DNA from: Hyphomicrobium sp. | Lineage (GTDB): Bacteria; Pseudomonadota; Alphaproteobacteria; Rhizobiales; Hyphomicrobiaceae | DNA: 64,000 nt | Assembly: GCA_025458125.1 (NCBI GenBank) | Contig: JALOTA010000027.1 | Location: forward strand, 1,874 to 65,873 | Direction: 5' to 3' | Shown here: one piece after another, positions 1-8,566 of the stretch | How the letters are laid out: each line of letters opens with the position of its first letter | Position numbering within the stretch: the first letter of the stretch is position 1 | Translations under genes and position numbers: made by a program | Notes under the pieces: model-generated | Database searches by the model: none | Told to the model about the DNA's origin: nothing | The model's input: the letters and a program-made list of their open reading frames with translations, nothing else

Positions 1-1924
1 CCTTCGAGCGGACCGCCTCTTCCGCCTCGGCGCAGACCACGTCGAGCGCGGGGCCCATGCCGGCTACGCCCTTCTCAACGGGGTAGGTGATGTCGAGCGT
101 GATGGAGTTGAAGTGGTTGTCCTTGACCTCGCCGATGGCGCGGATGCGCTCCAAATCCTCGTTGGCCAGAATGGGCTGCGTGACCTCAAGACGCTTGGTC
201 TTCGACGTGCCTTCCAGATCGAGAATGTTGGGGCGCGGGCCGATGAACGACACGAGGCTCATGACGAGTTCCTCGCGAATGGAATCGATCGGCGGGTTCG
301 TCACCTGCGCGAAGTTCTGCTTGAAGTAGGTGTGCAGAAGCTTCGGCTTGGAGGACAAGGCCGAGATCGGCGTGTCGTTACCCATCGACCCGATTGCCTC
401 TTCACCCTTGGCGCCCATCGGCGTCATGAGGAACTTGAGGCTTTCTTCGGTGTACCCAAACGCCTGCTGCAGATCGAGCAGGCTCACGTTCGTCTTCTTT
501 GCCGGCTTCTTGGGCGGCAACGGAAGATCTGAGACCATGATCTGCGTGCGCTTGACCCAAGTCTCGTAGGGATACTTCTGGGCGATCTCGGCTTTCAGTT
601 CCTCATCCGAGATGATGCGGCCCTTCTCCAGATCAATGAGCAGCATCTTGCCCGGCTGCAAGCGCCACTTCTTGACGATGTCGGCCTCGGGAACCGTCAG
701 CACGCCCGACTCCGACGACATGATGACGACGTCGTCCTTGGTGACGAGGTAGCGGGCCGGGCGCAGGCCGTTGCGGTCGAGCGTGGCACCGATCTGGCGG
801 CCGTCGGTGAAGGCCATCGCGGCCGGTCCGTCCCACGGCTCCATGAGACACGCATGATATTCGTAGAAACCCCGGCGCTTGGCATCCATCTGCGGATTAC
901 CGGCCCAAGCCTCGGGAATGAGCATCATGGCGGCGTGGGCCAGCTTGTAGCCGCCGAGGTAGAGGAACTCGAGCGCGTTGTCGAAACATGCCGTGTCGGA
1001 CTGGCCTTCGTAGGAGATGGGCCAGAGCTTGGAGATATCGTCACCGAACAGCGGCGAGGAAACCGAGGCCTGACGCGCGGCCATCCAGTTGACGTTGCCG
1101 CGCAGCGTGTTGATCTCGCCGTTGTGCGCCACCATGCGGTAGGGATGGGCGAGCTTCCACGAGGGGAACGTGTTCGTCGAAAATCGCTGGTGGACAAGAG
1201 CCAGGGCCGACACCAGGCGGGGATCGGACAGATCCTTATAGTACGCCTTCACCTGGTAGGAGAGGAACATGCCCTTGTAGACGATCGTGCGGCTCGAAAG
1301 GGACACGGTGTAGTGCCCGATGTCGCGGCCTTTGTAGGCATTGACGATGGAGTTCGACACGACCTTGCGGGCAAGGAAGAGTTTGCGCTCGAAATCGTCC
1401 TGGTCGCGCAGACCGAGCGGCCGCTTCACGAAGACCTGACGATGCACGGGTTCGCTGGAGCGGACCATGTCGGACAGGCAGGAATTGTCGACCGGCACCG
1501 ACCGCCAGCCGAGAAGTTCAAGGCCCTCTTCCTTAAGGCAGCGTTCCCACACGCGCTCGCAGTGATGGCGCAGCCTCTCATCGGAGGGCATGAAGACATG
1601 GCCGACGGCATATCGGCCCGGCTCCGGAAGCGTGATGCCGAGTTTGGCGGCTTCCTCGCGGAGAAACGCATCGGGGATCTGAATGAGGATACCGGCACCA
1701 TCGCCGGACAGCGGGTCGGCGCCGACGGCGCCGCGGTGCTCGAGGTTTTCGAGAATCTGAAGGGCGTCCTCGACGATCTTGTGCGACTTGCGGCCCTTCA
1801 TGTCGGCAATAAAGCCCACGCCGCAGGCGTCGCGTTCGAACGCGGGATCGAACAGACCCTGGCGCTCGGGCCGCTCCCATATCCCGTTGCCGGTCGCGTT
1901 CGGGGCAGACAGGGGCTTCGTCAT
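1..1924 (-). CDS. gltB: glutamate synthase large subunit, N-terminal part (gene continues past the left edge)
   Basis: Absent from the ORF track because no stop lies in the window. Reverse translation from ATG at 1924 (GAGGA upstream) reads MTKPLSAPNATGNGIWERPERQGLFDPAFERDACGVGFIADMKGRKSHKIVEDALQILENLEHRGAVGADP..., the Ntn-amidotransferase N-terminus of GltB, and stays open to position 1. The + ORF 854..2299 is its antisense shadow. Confidence 0.93.
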   Translation of the reverse strand, partial: MTKPLSAPNATGNGIWERPERQGLFDPAFERDACGVGFIADMKGRKSHKIVEDALQILENLEHRGAVGADPLSGDGAGILIQIPDAFLREEAAKLGITLPEPGRYAVGHVFMPSDERLRHHCERVWERCLKEEGLELLGWRSVPVDNSCLSDMVRSSEPVHRQVFVKRPLGLRDQDDFERKLFLARKVVSNSIVNAYKGRDIGHYTVSLSSRTIVYKGMFLSYQVKAYYKDLSDPRLVSALALVHQRFSTNTFPSWKLAHPYRMVAHNGEINTLRGNVNWMAARQASVSSPLFGDDISKLWPISYEGQSDTACFDNALEFLYLGGYKLAHAAMMLIPEAWAGNPQMDAKRRGFYEYHACLMEPWDGPAAMAFTDGRQIGATLDRNGLRPARYLVTKDDVVIMSSESGVLTVPEADIVKKWRLQPGKMLLIDLEKGRIISDEELKAEIAQKYPYETWVKRTQIMVSDLPLPPKKPAKKTNVSLLDLQQAFGYTEESLKFLMTPMGAKGEEAIGSMGNDTPISALSSKPKLLHTYFKQNFAQVTNPPIDSIREELVMSLVSFIGPRPNILDLEGTSKTKRLEVTQPILANEDLERIRAIGEVKDNHFNSITLDITYPVEKGVAGMGPALDVVCAEAEEAVRSK

Positions 1925-2485
1925 CGTCGATCCTCGGATATGAAACGTGGTCTTCTCTTAGAGCGGCGGCTAGAAGTCCGCGGCGGCGCGGCGGCGGCGA
2001 GTATTCAGGCTGAGCCGGATCTGGCGGCGGGGACTGTACCTGCCCCGGCCATCACACGTTTTCGTTTCAGCCGGACCGGCCCCGGCATCACCGCCGGCTG
2101 CAGACAGCGCATAGATCGGTGCGGCCGAGCGCCTGCTCGCCGTGCCGTGTCCCCTGTGCGGAGTGCCGTCTGCAGCACCGTCTGCTCCACCCTATCCAGC
2201 CTTCGGCTGCACCATAACGTTTACGGCGGCCATCTTCGCTCGGATACGAAAGGACGACACCCCGGCCATATCATGTGCGGAAATACCGCCATGAGATAAA
2301 GGACAGGAATGCTGACCTTTCGAGCGCCGCATTTTGCATCTTTTGCAGAGGCGCACAAGACGAATTGGCGAATGAATGCGCGCCGCGCCCCAGGGGGACG
2401 CGGCGCTGGCGACGGGGGAAACGCCGCCTGAGGGCCGGGCCGAGCGAGGTTTGCCGCGGCCCGGCTATTTCAACGACAGGAAGGC

Positions 2486-2938
2486 TCAGGACGCCTTGGC
2501 TTCGATCTGCGCCGAAACGCCGGCTCCGATCGGAATGCTGCGCGGCTTCAGCCGCTCAGGAACATTGCGAACGAGATCGATATCAAGCAGCCCGTCATTC
2601 AGGCTGGCACCGCTGACCTCGACATGATCGGCGAGCTGGAACCGGCGCTCGAAGGAGCGAGCCGCGATCCCACGGTGGAGATAGTGGCGCTCGGCCGGGT
2701 CGGGCTTCTTCTCGCCCTTCACGGTCAACGTCTGCTCTTTGACCTCGATCTTCAGTTCGTCCTCGACGAAACCAGCCAGCGCCATGCTGATCCGGTAGCG
2801 GTTCTCGCCGAGCCTCTCGATGTTGTAGGGCGGATAAGCGACTTCGGCATCGACGCCCGAAACGCTGTCGAGGAGCTGGGCCAGCCGGTCGAAACCGATC
2901 GTGGAACGGTAAAGTGGGGAAAAATCGAAGTGTCGCAT
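2486..2938 (-). CDS. small heat-shock protein, Hsp20/IbpA (alpha-crystallin) family
   Basis: 150 aa: MRHFDFSPLYRSTIGFDRL...YPPYNIERLGENRYRISMALAGF..LTVKGEK...YLHRGIAARSFERRFQLADHVEV..ASLNDGLLDIDL. This is a typical IbpA-like alpha-crystallin domain. Confidence 0.9.
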   Translation of the reverse strand: MRHFDFSPLYRSTIGFDRLAQLLDSVSGVDAEVAYPPYNIERLGENRYRISMALAGFVEDELKIEVKEQTLTVKGEKKPDPAERHYLHRGIAARSFERRFQLADHVEVSGASLNDGLLDIDLVRNVPERLKPRSIPIGAGVSAQIEAKAS

Positions 2939-3026
2939 GACATATCCTCCATCAGAAGCGACATGTGGGATGGCTCACCCGGCAAGGGCTGAGCCGCTTC
3001 AAAACTGCCCGCCGCATGGCCGGGCT
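2939..3026 (-). promoter_or_regulatory. ROSE-like RNA thermometer in the hsp20 5' UTR (three predicted hairpins; the last sequesters the SD)
   Basis: On the minus-strand RNA, 5'-AUGUC(G)CUUC-ugau-GGAGGAUAU-3' (plus coordinates 2942..2964) pairs a UCGCU-type anti-SD with the GGAGGA SD. It leaves one bulged G (2959), and the AUG lies 5 nt downstream. Two more hairpins lie upstream (GCCCG/CGGGC and GGCUCA/UGAGCC). The U(U/C)GCU motif plus bulged G is the known ROSE signature. Confidence 0.5.
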
Positions 3027-3032
3027 CTCTTC

Positions 3033-3060
3033 ATTTAGGGAGCGGATGCGGCCGTTCAAG
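3033..3060 (-). promoter_or_regulatory. sigma-32 (RpoH)-type heat-shock promoter for hsp20
   Basis: The minus strand reads CTTGAA-N14-CCCTAAAT. This is close to the E. coli CTTGAA-N13-17-CCCCATNT consensus and the alphaproteobacterial CTTG-N17-CYTATNT consensus. It sits about 95 nt upstream of the ATG. Confidence 0.45.
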
Positions 3061-3183
3061 GCGTCCCTCGGCCGGTCCCCTTCTGCGACCGGTTTGGCGC
3101 GAGCCCGGCTCATGATAGTTTGCCGTAACACGATGCGCCGCAGGCCTCCGGTCTGCGGTTTGTGAGAGGAACCGACTGGCGGC

Positions 3184-4143
3184 ATGCAGCTCATCTCGAT
3201 TGCGCGCAACCCGGTCCCGACCGGGGCCATCAGCGGTGCCTTGATCGCCGGGGACGGCATCGCGCTGAGATACGCTCGCTGGCCCGCCACACGGGGGCCG
3301 CGGAAGGGCACCGTCGTCATCGCACCCGGACGTGGGGAATTCATTGAAAAATACTTCGAGGTGATCGCGGAGCTGCGGCGCCGGGGCTTTGCCGTCGCCA
3401 TCATGGATTGGCGCGGACAGGGCGGCTCCGACCGGCTCGCCGCAGACAATCCGCGCAGGGGGCATGTCGGCGACTTCGCGGACTACGATCGCGATCTCAG
3501 GCATTTCATGAAGGAGATTGTGCTGCCCGACTGCCCTGCCCCTTACACCGGGCTCGGTCATTCCATGGGCGGGGCGATTCTGATCCGCAACGCGATCCGG
3601 CCGGGATCGTGGTTCGACCGGTTTGTGCTGACCGCGCCGATGATCGCCTTCTCTGCCGAAAAAGTGGGCTACCCTGAAACGCTCGTGCGCTTCTATGTGG
3701 AAACGGCCGCGTTCGGATTTTCCCAGTCGCTCATACCCGGCGGATACGAGGTCATGCCCGACCAGCTCCGGTACGAGGACAACCAGCTGACGTCGGACAG
3801 GGAGCGCTGGCAGCGGATGACGGGCGTTCTCGAAGTGGCCCCGCAGCTTGCGATCGGTTCGCCGACCATCGGATGGGTGCGGGCCGCCTTCAGAGCCATG
3901 TCGGAATTGCAGGAAGCCGACTGCCCGAAGCGCGTGCAAGTGCCGATGCTGGTCTTTGCCGCCGGCGCCGACCGAATCGTCGACAGCCGCGCCGCCGAAG
4001 ATTTTGCCGTGCAGCTCAAGGTCGGCGGCCTGATTCGTCTCCCAGGCTCGCGGCACGAAATCCTTCAGGAAGATGATGCCGTGCGGATGCGCTTCTGGGC
4101 AGCATTCGACGCCTATATGAACCTGGAACAGCAGGCAGCGTGA
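3184..4143 (+). CDS. alpha/beta hydrolase (lysophospholipase / monoacylglycerol-lipase-like)
   Basis: 319 aa with a GHSMGG nucleophile elbow, a VVIAPGRGEFIEKY start to the fold, and a C-terminal GSRHE motif carrying the catalytic His. Confidence 0.8.
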   Translation: MQLISIARNPVPTGAISGALIAGDGIALRYARWPATRGPRKGTVVIAPGRGEFIEKYFEVIAELRRRGFAVAIMDWRGQGGSDRLAADNPRRGHVGDFADYDRDLRHFMKEIVLPDCPAPYTGLGHSMGGAILIRNAIRPGSWFDRFVLTAPMIAFSAEKVGYPETLVRFYVETAAFGFSQSLIPGGYEVMPDQLRYEDNQLTSDRERWQRMTGVLEVAPQLAIGSPTIGWVRAAFRAMSELQEADCPKRVQVPMLVFAAGADRIVDSRAAEDFAVQLKVGGLIRLPGSRHEILQEDDAVRMRFWAAFDAYMNLEQQAA

Positions 4144-4191
4144 GGGTTGAAAGAGTCGGGCACTCCTGCGGGGCGCCGGCCGGATGGGGCT

Positions 4192-5004
4192 TCAGGCGCT
4201 GCCGTTCAAGACGCCGAGGATGGCGTCATGCAGATTGGGATCTCCCGTCGCCAGAATGCGGCCGCCTTTGGCTGCCGAGCCGCCACTCCACTCCGTAACC
4301 CGTCCGCCGGCTGCTTCGATGATCGGTATCAGCGCCACGATATCGTAGGGTTTCAGGCCCGTCTCCACGATGACGTCGACAAACCCGGAGGCGAGCAGCG
4401 CGTAGGCATAGCAATCGCCGCCATAGCGCGTCAGGCGAACTTTGGAGCGCAATCGCTCGAAGCCGTCGCGTTCGGGGCCGGGTGGAAACAAGTGCGGGTC
4501 GGTCGTCATGAGAACAGCCGACGAGAGGCTCGAACAGGTCCTCGATCGCATGATGCGAGGCGGGGCGTCATTCCGGCGGGCGAAGCTCGCCTGCCCGTCC
4601 GACCAGAAGCGTTCGCCTGTGAACGGCTGATCCATCAATCCAACCACGGGATCGGCACCGTCGAGCAGTCCTATCAGCGTGCCCCACATGGGCGATCCCG
4701 TAATGAAGGCACGGGTTCCGTCGATCGGATCGACGACCCATCGCAAGCGGGCTTGCGGCCGGCTGATGCCGAATTCCTCGCCTTCCAGACCATGATCGGG
4801 GCAGAACTCCGCCAAATGCGCCGCGATCGCCTCCTCCGCCGCCCGGTCGGCCGCTGTCACTGGGTCGAACCCACCGTTGCCGTCCTTGTTTTCAACGGCC
4901 AGCGGAACACGGAAGTGGGGCATGGTCGCCGCTGCCGCGACATCCGCAAGGGCGTGAGCGCGGGCGACCAGATTCGGGTCAGCAGGCTTTAGATTCGCAG
5001 ACAA
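4192..5004 (-). CDS. hisN: inositol-monophosphatase-family protein, probably histidinol-phosphatase HisN
   Basis: 270 aa with IMPase motifs (FDPVTAADRAAEEAI, WVVDPIDGTRAFITGSPMWGTLIGL, GGDCYAYALLASGFVD). The overall pattern matches alphaproteobacterial HisN. Confidence 0.7.
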   Translation of the reverse strand: MSANLKPADPNLVARAHALADVAAAATMPHFRVPLAVENKDGNGGFDPVTAADRAAEEAIAAHLAEFCPDHGLEGEEFGISRPQARLRWVVDPIDGTRAFITGSPMWGTLIGLLDGADPVVGLMDQPFTGERFWSDGQASFARRNDAPPRIMRSRTCSSLSSAVLMTTDPHLFPPGPERDGFERLRSKVRLTRYGGDCYAYALLASGFVDVIVETGLKPYDIVALIPIIEAAGGRVTEWSGGSAAKGGRILATGDPNLHDAILGVLNGSA

Positions 5005-5124
5005 ACGGGTGTCCTCAAGAAATCGTGATTGTAATGCTGGATGAGCAATGACTTAGCCGGGCCACAGTGATGCCTTCATAACCGTCTGATATTTATTGAC
5101 TATTTTTTTCACTGTGATGCAAAC

Positions 5125-5288
5125 GCCTCTTGTGGATGGGAATGTTCGCCCCCGTGTTGATGGTCCAAGCGAACAAAGGCATCGTTGTTGCTGTGGAAGG
5201 TCGGCTGCACTTCCGGTCTTCCTCAGCCCACTCTGGGCGTTTCCTCCCTAGACTTGGGCCGTTCGTTTATCACGGACGGCCTTTTTTT
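5125..5288 (+). ncRNA. candidate trans-acting sRNA, unit 1 of a tandem pair (anti-SD CCUCCC motif; AbcR/alpha-r15- or alpha-r14-like); 5' end uncertain
   Basis: It shares an exact 26-nt block, GGGCGTTTCCTCCCTAGACTTGGGCC (5235..5260), with unit 2. The block is preceded by a small hairpin (GCCCA-cuc-UGGGC) and a second CU-rich motif (CUUCCUC). It ends in a Rho-independent terminator, GGCCGTTCG..CGGACGGCC plus T7 (5257..5288). No credible ORF is present. Confidence 0.45.
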
Positions 5289-5497
5289 ACGCGGCGATTA
5301 CCGCGATTCAATCATCCAGCACCGGCACTTTGCTCGCCAATCGCGGCGCCCCGTCGCATCGCAACATGAGACCGGCTGCGGTCTTCCTGCATTTTTCCTA
5401 TTTAAATCAGCCCGTTGATTGAGGCCGTCAGCTTGCGAAGAACAGCTCTGCGTTTTTCGCAGTTGAGTTTTTTGCGGCGCACCATTAGCTTTGGCAA

Positions 5498-5591
5498 ATG
5501 CAACGGCGAGCTTGCTCGTCCTCTTGCAGCCCTCTCGGGCGTTTCCTCCCTAGACTTGGGCCATCCTTCGCGGATGGCCCATTTTTCTTTT
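5498..5591 (+). ncRNA. candidate trans-acting sRNA, unit 2 of the tandem pair
   Basis: The same 26-nt block lies at 5537..5562. The small hairpin is retained with different sequence (GCCC-ucuc-GGGC). The terminator is GGGCCATCC-ttcgc-GGATGGCCC followed by ATTTTTCTTTT (5558..5591). A promoter-like TTGAGT-N17-TAGCTT lies at 5463..5491. Confidence 0.45.
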
Positions 5592-5636
5592 CGGGGCCGA
5601 TCAAAGGGATCGGCTGTACCGGTGGCGACGGGGAGT

Positions 5637-6536
5637 TCACTCGGCGGCGCTGCGCCGCTCCAGAAGCGAAGGAACCTCGGCGAAGAGTTCTTTCGCAAAT
5701 CGCAGCAGGTCACGCTCAAGAGCCATGAAGCGAGGGGTCTTCTCGAGCGACCTTTCGTTGATGTACAGCCCGCGATTGATTTCGAGCTGGATCGCATGCA
5801 CCCCGCGCAGAGGGCGCCCGTAATGCTCCGTGATGTAACCGCCGGCGTAGGGCCGATTCATCTGTGACTCGTAGCCTAGATCGCTCAAGATCGCGCGGAT
5901 GAGTTTCGTCAACCTCAGATCGCAGGACGTGCCGAACCGGTCACCGATGACGAAGTCCGGCCGCTGCACCCCGGAATGTGCCATGTGCGCCGAGGGCATC
6001 GAGTGACAATCGATCAGCACCGCGTAGCCGAAATTCCGCTTGGCGCGCTCTAGGAGGCTTTGCAGCACGGCATGAAATGGCTTGTGAAGCAGTTCGATGC
6101 GAAGCAGCGCGTCGGACAGCTTCAGCGGCGCGGCGTAGATTTCTTCTCCGTCTGAGACAATCCGGGCGATTGTACCCAAACCGCCGGCAACGCGAACCGA
6201 TCGCGCGTTGGCCCAGTCGGGCAGCGGCTCGGCGAACAACTCCGGATCGAGTTCGAAGGGTTCGCGGTTGACGTCGATGTAGGCGCGCGGAAATCGGGCC
6301 GATAGCAGCGTTGCACCGTGAGATGCCGCGCGAACCATGAGTTCGTCGACATAGCAGTCCTCCGACCGCCGCAGCGTCATCGCGTCGAGGCGCGACTGAT
6401 TGAGAAAATATTTCGGATAGATCCGGCCGGAGTGCGGCGAGCAGAACACGAACGGCGTCGGCGCAGAAAGAGGCTCGCGCACCTCGAATGGAGGCGTCAG
6501 CTCGTCCCTGATCGAAAACTCCTCGGCCGAGGCCAT
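5637..6536 (-). CDS. N-formylglutamate amidohydrolase (FGase, PF05013) family protein
   Basis: The conserved core is FVFCSPHSGRIYP...RAYIDVNRE...LIDCHSMPS...NRPYAGGYIT. I start at MASAEEFSIRDE (ATG 6536). The track's GTG at 6677 would add an Arg-rich 47-aa extension. Confidence 0.8.
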   Translation of the reverse strand: MASAEEFSIRDELTPPFEVREPLSAPTPFVFCSPHSGRIYPKYFLNQSRLDAMTLRRSEDCYVDELMVRAASHGATLLSARFPRAYIDVNREPFELDPELFAEPLPDWANARSVRVAGGLGTIARIVSDGEEIYAAPLKLSDALLRIELLHKPFHAVLQSLLERAKRNFGYAVLIDCHSMPSAHMAHSGVQRPDFVIGDRFGTSCDLRLTKLIRAILSDLGYESQMNRPYAGGYITEHYGRPLRGVHAIQLEINRGLYINERSLEKTPRFMALERDLLRFAKELFAEVPSLLERRSAAE

Positions 6537-6912
6537 CAGTGCGAACACCCTTTCGTTGCGGCCATGCCGCCAAGTCGTAACGGTGCTGAGCGGCACTCTC
6601 GCGGCAGGTCCGCGCAGGCATCGTCGCCGTCGCGGGAGCCTCCTCGCACATTGCACCGCAACCCAGCGACGAGGCACTGTGCCGACCTGACAACGCGGGG
6701 TCCACGACCCTGAGCCGCCACCAACACCTCCTCACTCGTCTCACACAAAGGTGGCCCCTTCCAGCCTCATTGTCAGGAAATGCACCGCGCTGGTGTGCGG
6801 CATCGGTACACCTTCATTGTAGATTTACCAAAATGACCTCAGATTCGACTGGTAACACGTCATTGCTGCGCTAGATTGCGCCCTCAGTCTCACCGGTTGC
6901 AAAGCGTTCCCC

Positions 6913-7299
6913 ATGTCGATCAGTCCATCCCGCGTACCTGTCCATCGCATCCTTCTTGCCGAAGACGATGACAGCATGCGGGCTTTCCTTGAACGGGCGC
7001 TCGTACGCGCCGGTTACGACGTGGTCGGTTTCGCCAACGGTGTGGAAGCGCTCGAACGGCTGGAGCGCGAACCGTTTACCCTGCTCCTCACCGATATCGT
7101 GATGCCCCGCATGGACGGCATCGAGCTTGCCCGCCGGGCCAGTGAATTCGATCCCGACCTCAAGATCATGTTCATCACAGGCTTCGCAGCCGTCATTCTC
7201 AACAGCGAAAACCAGGGACCGAAAGACGCGCGGGTGCTTTCAAAGCCGTTCCATCTCAAAGACCTGGTGCGCGAAGTCGAACGTCTCCTGGAAGAGTGA
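6913..7299 (+). CDS. cpdR: single-domain response regulator CpdR (ClpXP proteolysis adaptor)
   Basis: 128 aa, receiver domain only. RILLAEDDDSMRAFLERAL..AGYDVV...EPFTLLLTDIVMPRMDGIELARRASEFDPDLKIMFITGFAAV...VLSKPFHLKDLV is near-colinear with Caulobacter CpdR as I recall it. Confidence 0.85.
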   Translation: MSISPSRVPVHRILLAEDDDSMRAFLERALVRAGYDVVGFANGVEALERLEREPFTLLLTDIVMPRMDGIELARRASEFDPDLKIMFITGFAAVILNSENQGPKDARVLSKPFHLKDLVREVERLLEE

Positions 7300-7416
7300 C
7301 GGGCGGGCCGGCGCGCGATAGATGCGCCGTGCCGTGAACAGCCTGCTATGTCCGCTTGCCACCATCGGGCATTGCCGATATACGAGGCCTCCGCGTCGGA
7401 CCCGCGCGGCCTTATC

Positions 7417-7491
7417 GGGCACTTAGCTCAGCGGTAGAGCACTTCCTTGACATGGAAGGGGTCAGAGGTTCGATCCCTCTAGTGCCCACCA
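7417..7491 (+). tRNA. tRNA-Val (anticodon GAC), CCA encoded
   Basis: A hand-folded cloverleaf works: acceptor GGGCACT/AGTGCCC, D arm GCTC-AGCGGTA-GAGC, anticodon arm CTTCC-TTGACAT-GGAAG, T arm AGAGG-TTCGATC-CCTCT, then A-CCA. Confidence 0.96.
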
Positions 7492-7563
7492 TAGTATAGC
7501 GTCAAACGGCGTCGCTTCGCCTCGTCCGGCCACATTTTCAGGGGGGCGCCGCGCCACAGTTTG

Positions 7564-7592
7564 TTGACAGGCAGCGCTTGCCCCACTAGTTT
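7564..7592 (+). promoter_or_regulatory. sigma-70-type promoter candidate for rpmJ
   Basis: TTGACA-N17-TAGTTT lies about 105 nt upstream of the rpmJ ATG. Confidence 0.35.
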
Positions 7593-7696
7593 CCGCCAAC
7601 TTTTCCTGCGCTCGTGGACTTGGGCGGGCTGGACCAGGGTACGGTCTGGCAACCCGCCATGTTTCCTTCGGGCCGTTCAATCAAGTGGTTAGAGCC

Positions 7697-7822
7697 ATGA
7701 AAGTCCGCAATTCTCTCAAGTCGCTTCGCGCGCGTCACCGCGATAACCGGATCGTGCGCCGCAAGGGCCGCGTGTACGTCATCAACAAGACGCAGCGCCG
7801 CTTCAAGGCCCGCCAGGGCTAA
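7697..7822 (+). CDS. rpmJ: 50S ribosomal protein L36
   Basis: Below the ORF-track size cutoff. ATG at 7697 gives [41 protein letters not shown]-stop (41 aa), a textbook L36 sequence of the non-zinc (Cys-less) type. Confidence 0.9.
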   Translation: MKVRNSLKSLRARHRDNRIVRRKGRVYVINKTQRRFKARQG

Positions 7823-7928
7823 TCCGACGTTCTTGCGATCTGCTCATCGGCCTCCGGGACGCCGTTCCGGGGGCCGTTGCTCGTTGGAGGCGACTTCCAG
7901 TAACGATGCAGGCGCGGTACGCTGAGGC

Positions 7929-8552
7929 ATGAAAATGCAAATTCAAACCCTTCTCCTCGGCGTCTGCCTGTCCGGAACCGTGGCGGGAGCGCAGCAAGCG
8001 CCTGCCCCTCATGGGTCGCCAGCCGCTTCCCCGCCCGCGCACGGCCGGGAGGTTCCAAAGCCGGAGACCCGGGCCGAAGCACTGCAGCGGCTCTACGGTG
8101 AACTCTCCAAGGCTCCGGACGCCGCCACCGCCGACAAACTCGTCCACCAGATCGAATTCATCTGGGCCCAGGCCGATAGCGCCACCGCCACGCTGCTTCT
8201 CAACAGAGCTCTGATGGCTGCCGGCCAGAAGAACTACGACCTGTCGATGCAGTTTCTGGACACTGTTACGGAGCTTTATCCGGAGTGGACCGAGGGGTTC
8301 AATCGACGGGCTTATCTCTACGTGGTGCGCATGGAGTATACCCGCGCAATCGGGGATCTCCGGCGCGTGCTGGCACTAGACCCAGGAAACTTTCGCGCGC
8401 TCGAGGGTCTGGTGCAGGTGCTGCGCACGATGGGCCAGGACAAAGCGGCCCTCGAAGTCGTGAAAACGCTCATGAAAGCTCACCCGCACTCACCCGGAGC
8501 ACAGGAGACTCTCAAGGAACTCGAAGAGGCCGTGAACGGCCGCGGCATCTGA
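7929..8552 (+). CDS. secreted TPR-repeat protein
   Basis: 207 aa. It has a signal peptide (MKMQIQTLLLGVCLSGTVAGAQQ) followed by TPR-like helical repeats (NRRAYLYVVRMEYTRAIGDLRRVLALDPGNFRALEGL). Confidence 0.7.
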   Translation: MKMQIQTLLLGVCLSGTVAGAQQAPAPHGSPAASPPAHGREVPKPETRAEALQRLYGELSKAPDAATADKLVHQIEFIWAQADSATATLLLNRALMAAGQKNYDLSMQFLDTVTELYPEWTEGFNRRAYLYVVRMEYTRAIGDLRRVLALDPGNFRALEGLVQVLRTMGQDKAALEVVKTLMKAHPHSPGAQETLKELEEAVNGRGI

Positions 8553-8566
8553 CGCGGCGATCGATC

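Noticed and set aside
854-2299. Long ORFs on the strand opposite to strong genes. Examples: 854..2299 (+, 481 aa, versus gltB), 15233..16525 (+, versus OmpA), 26749..27945 (+, versus ABC exporter), 32702..34066 (-, versus PQQ dehydrogenase), 34661..35881 and 35016..36185 (around cobB), 58527..60074 (-, 515 aa, versus nadB), 12073..12876 (-, versus FGase).
   Set aside because: Their translations are Arg/Gly/Ala/Pro-rich with no family resemblance. Each is fully shadowed by a gene with unmistakable conserved motifs on the other strand. Stop-poor antisense frames are expected in GC-rich DNA.
5289-5470. A third sRNA unit between the two tandem units (hairpin AGACCG-gct-gCGGTCT followed by TCCTGCATTTTT at about 5371..5395, and CTGCG-ttttt-CGCAG at about 5448..5462).
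   Set aside because: The stems are short (5-6 bp), and the 26-nt conserved block is absent. The second hairpin overlaps the predicted promoter of unit 2. This is too weak to call.
7417-7491. tRNA-Val as an integration hotspot for a genomic island.
   Set aside because: There is no integrase, no direct repeat of the tRNA 3' end, and no obviously foreign gene on either side. The flanks are cpdR and rpmJ.
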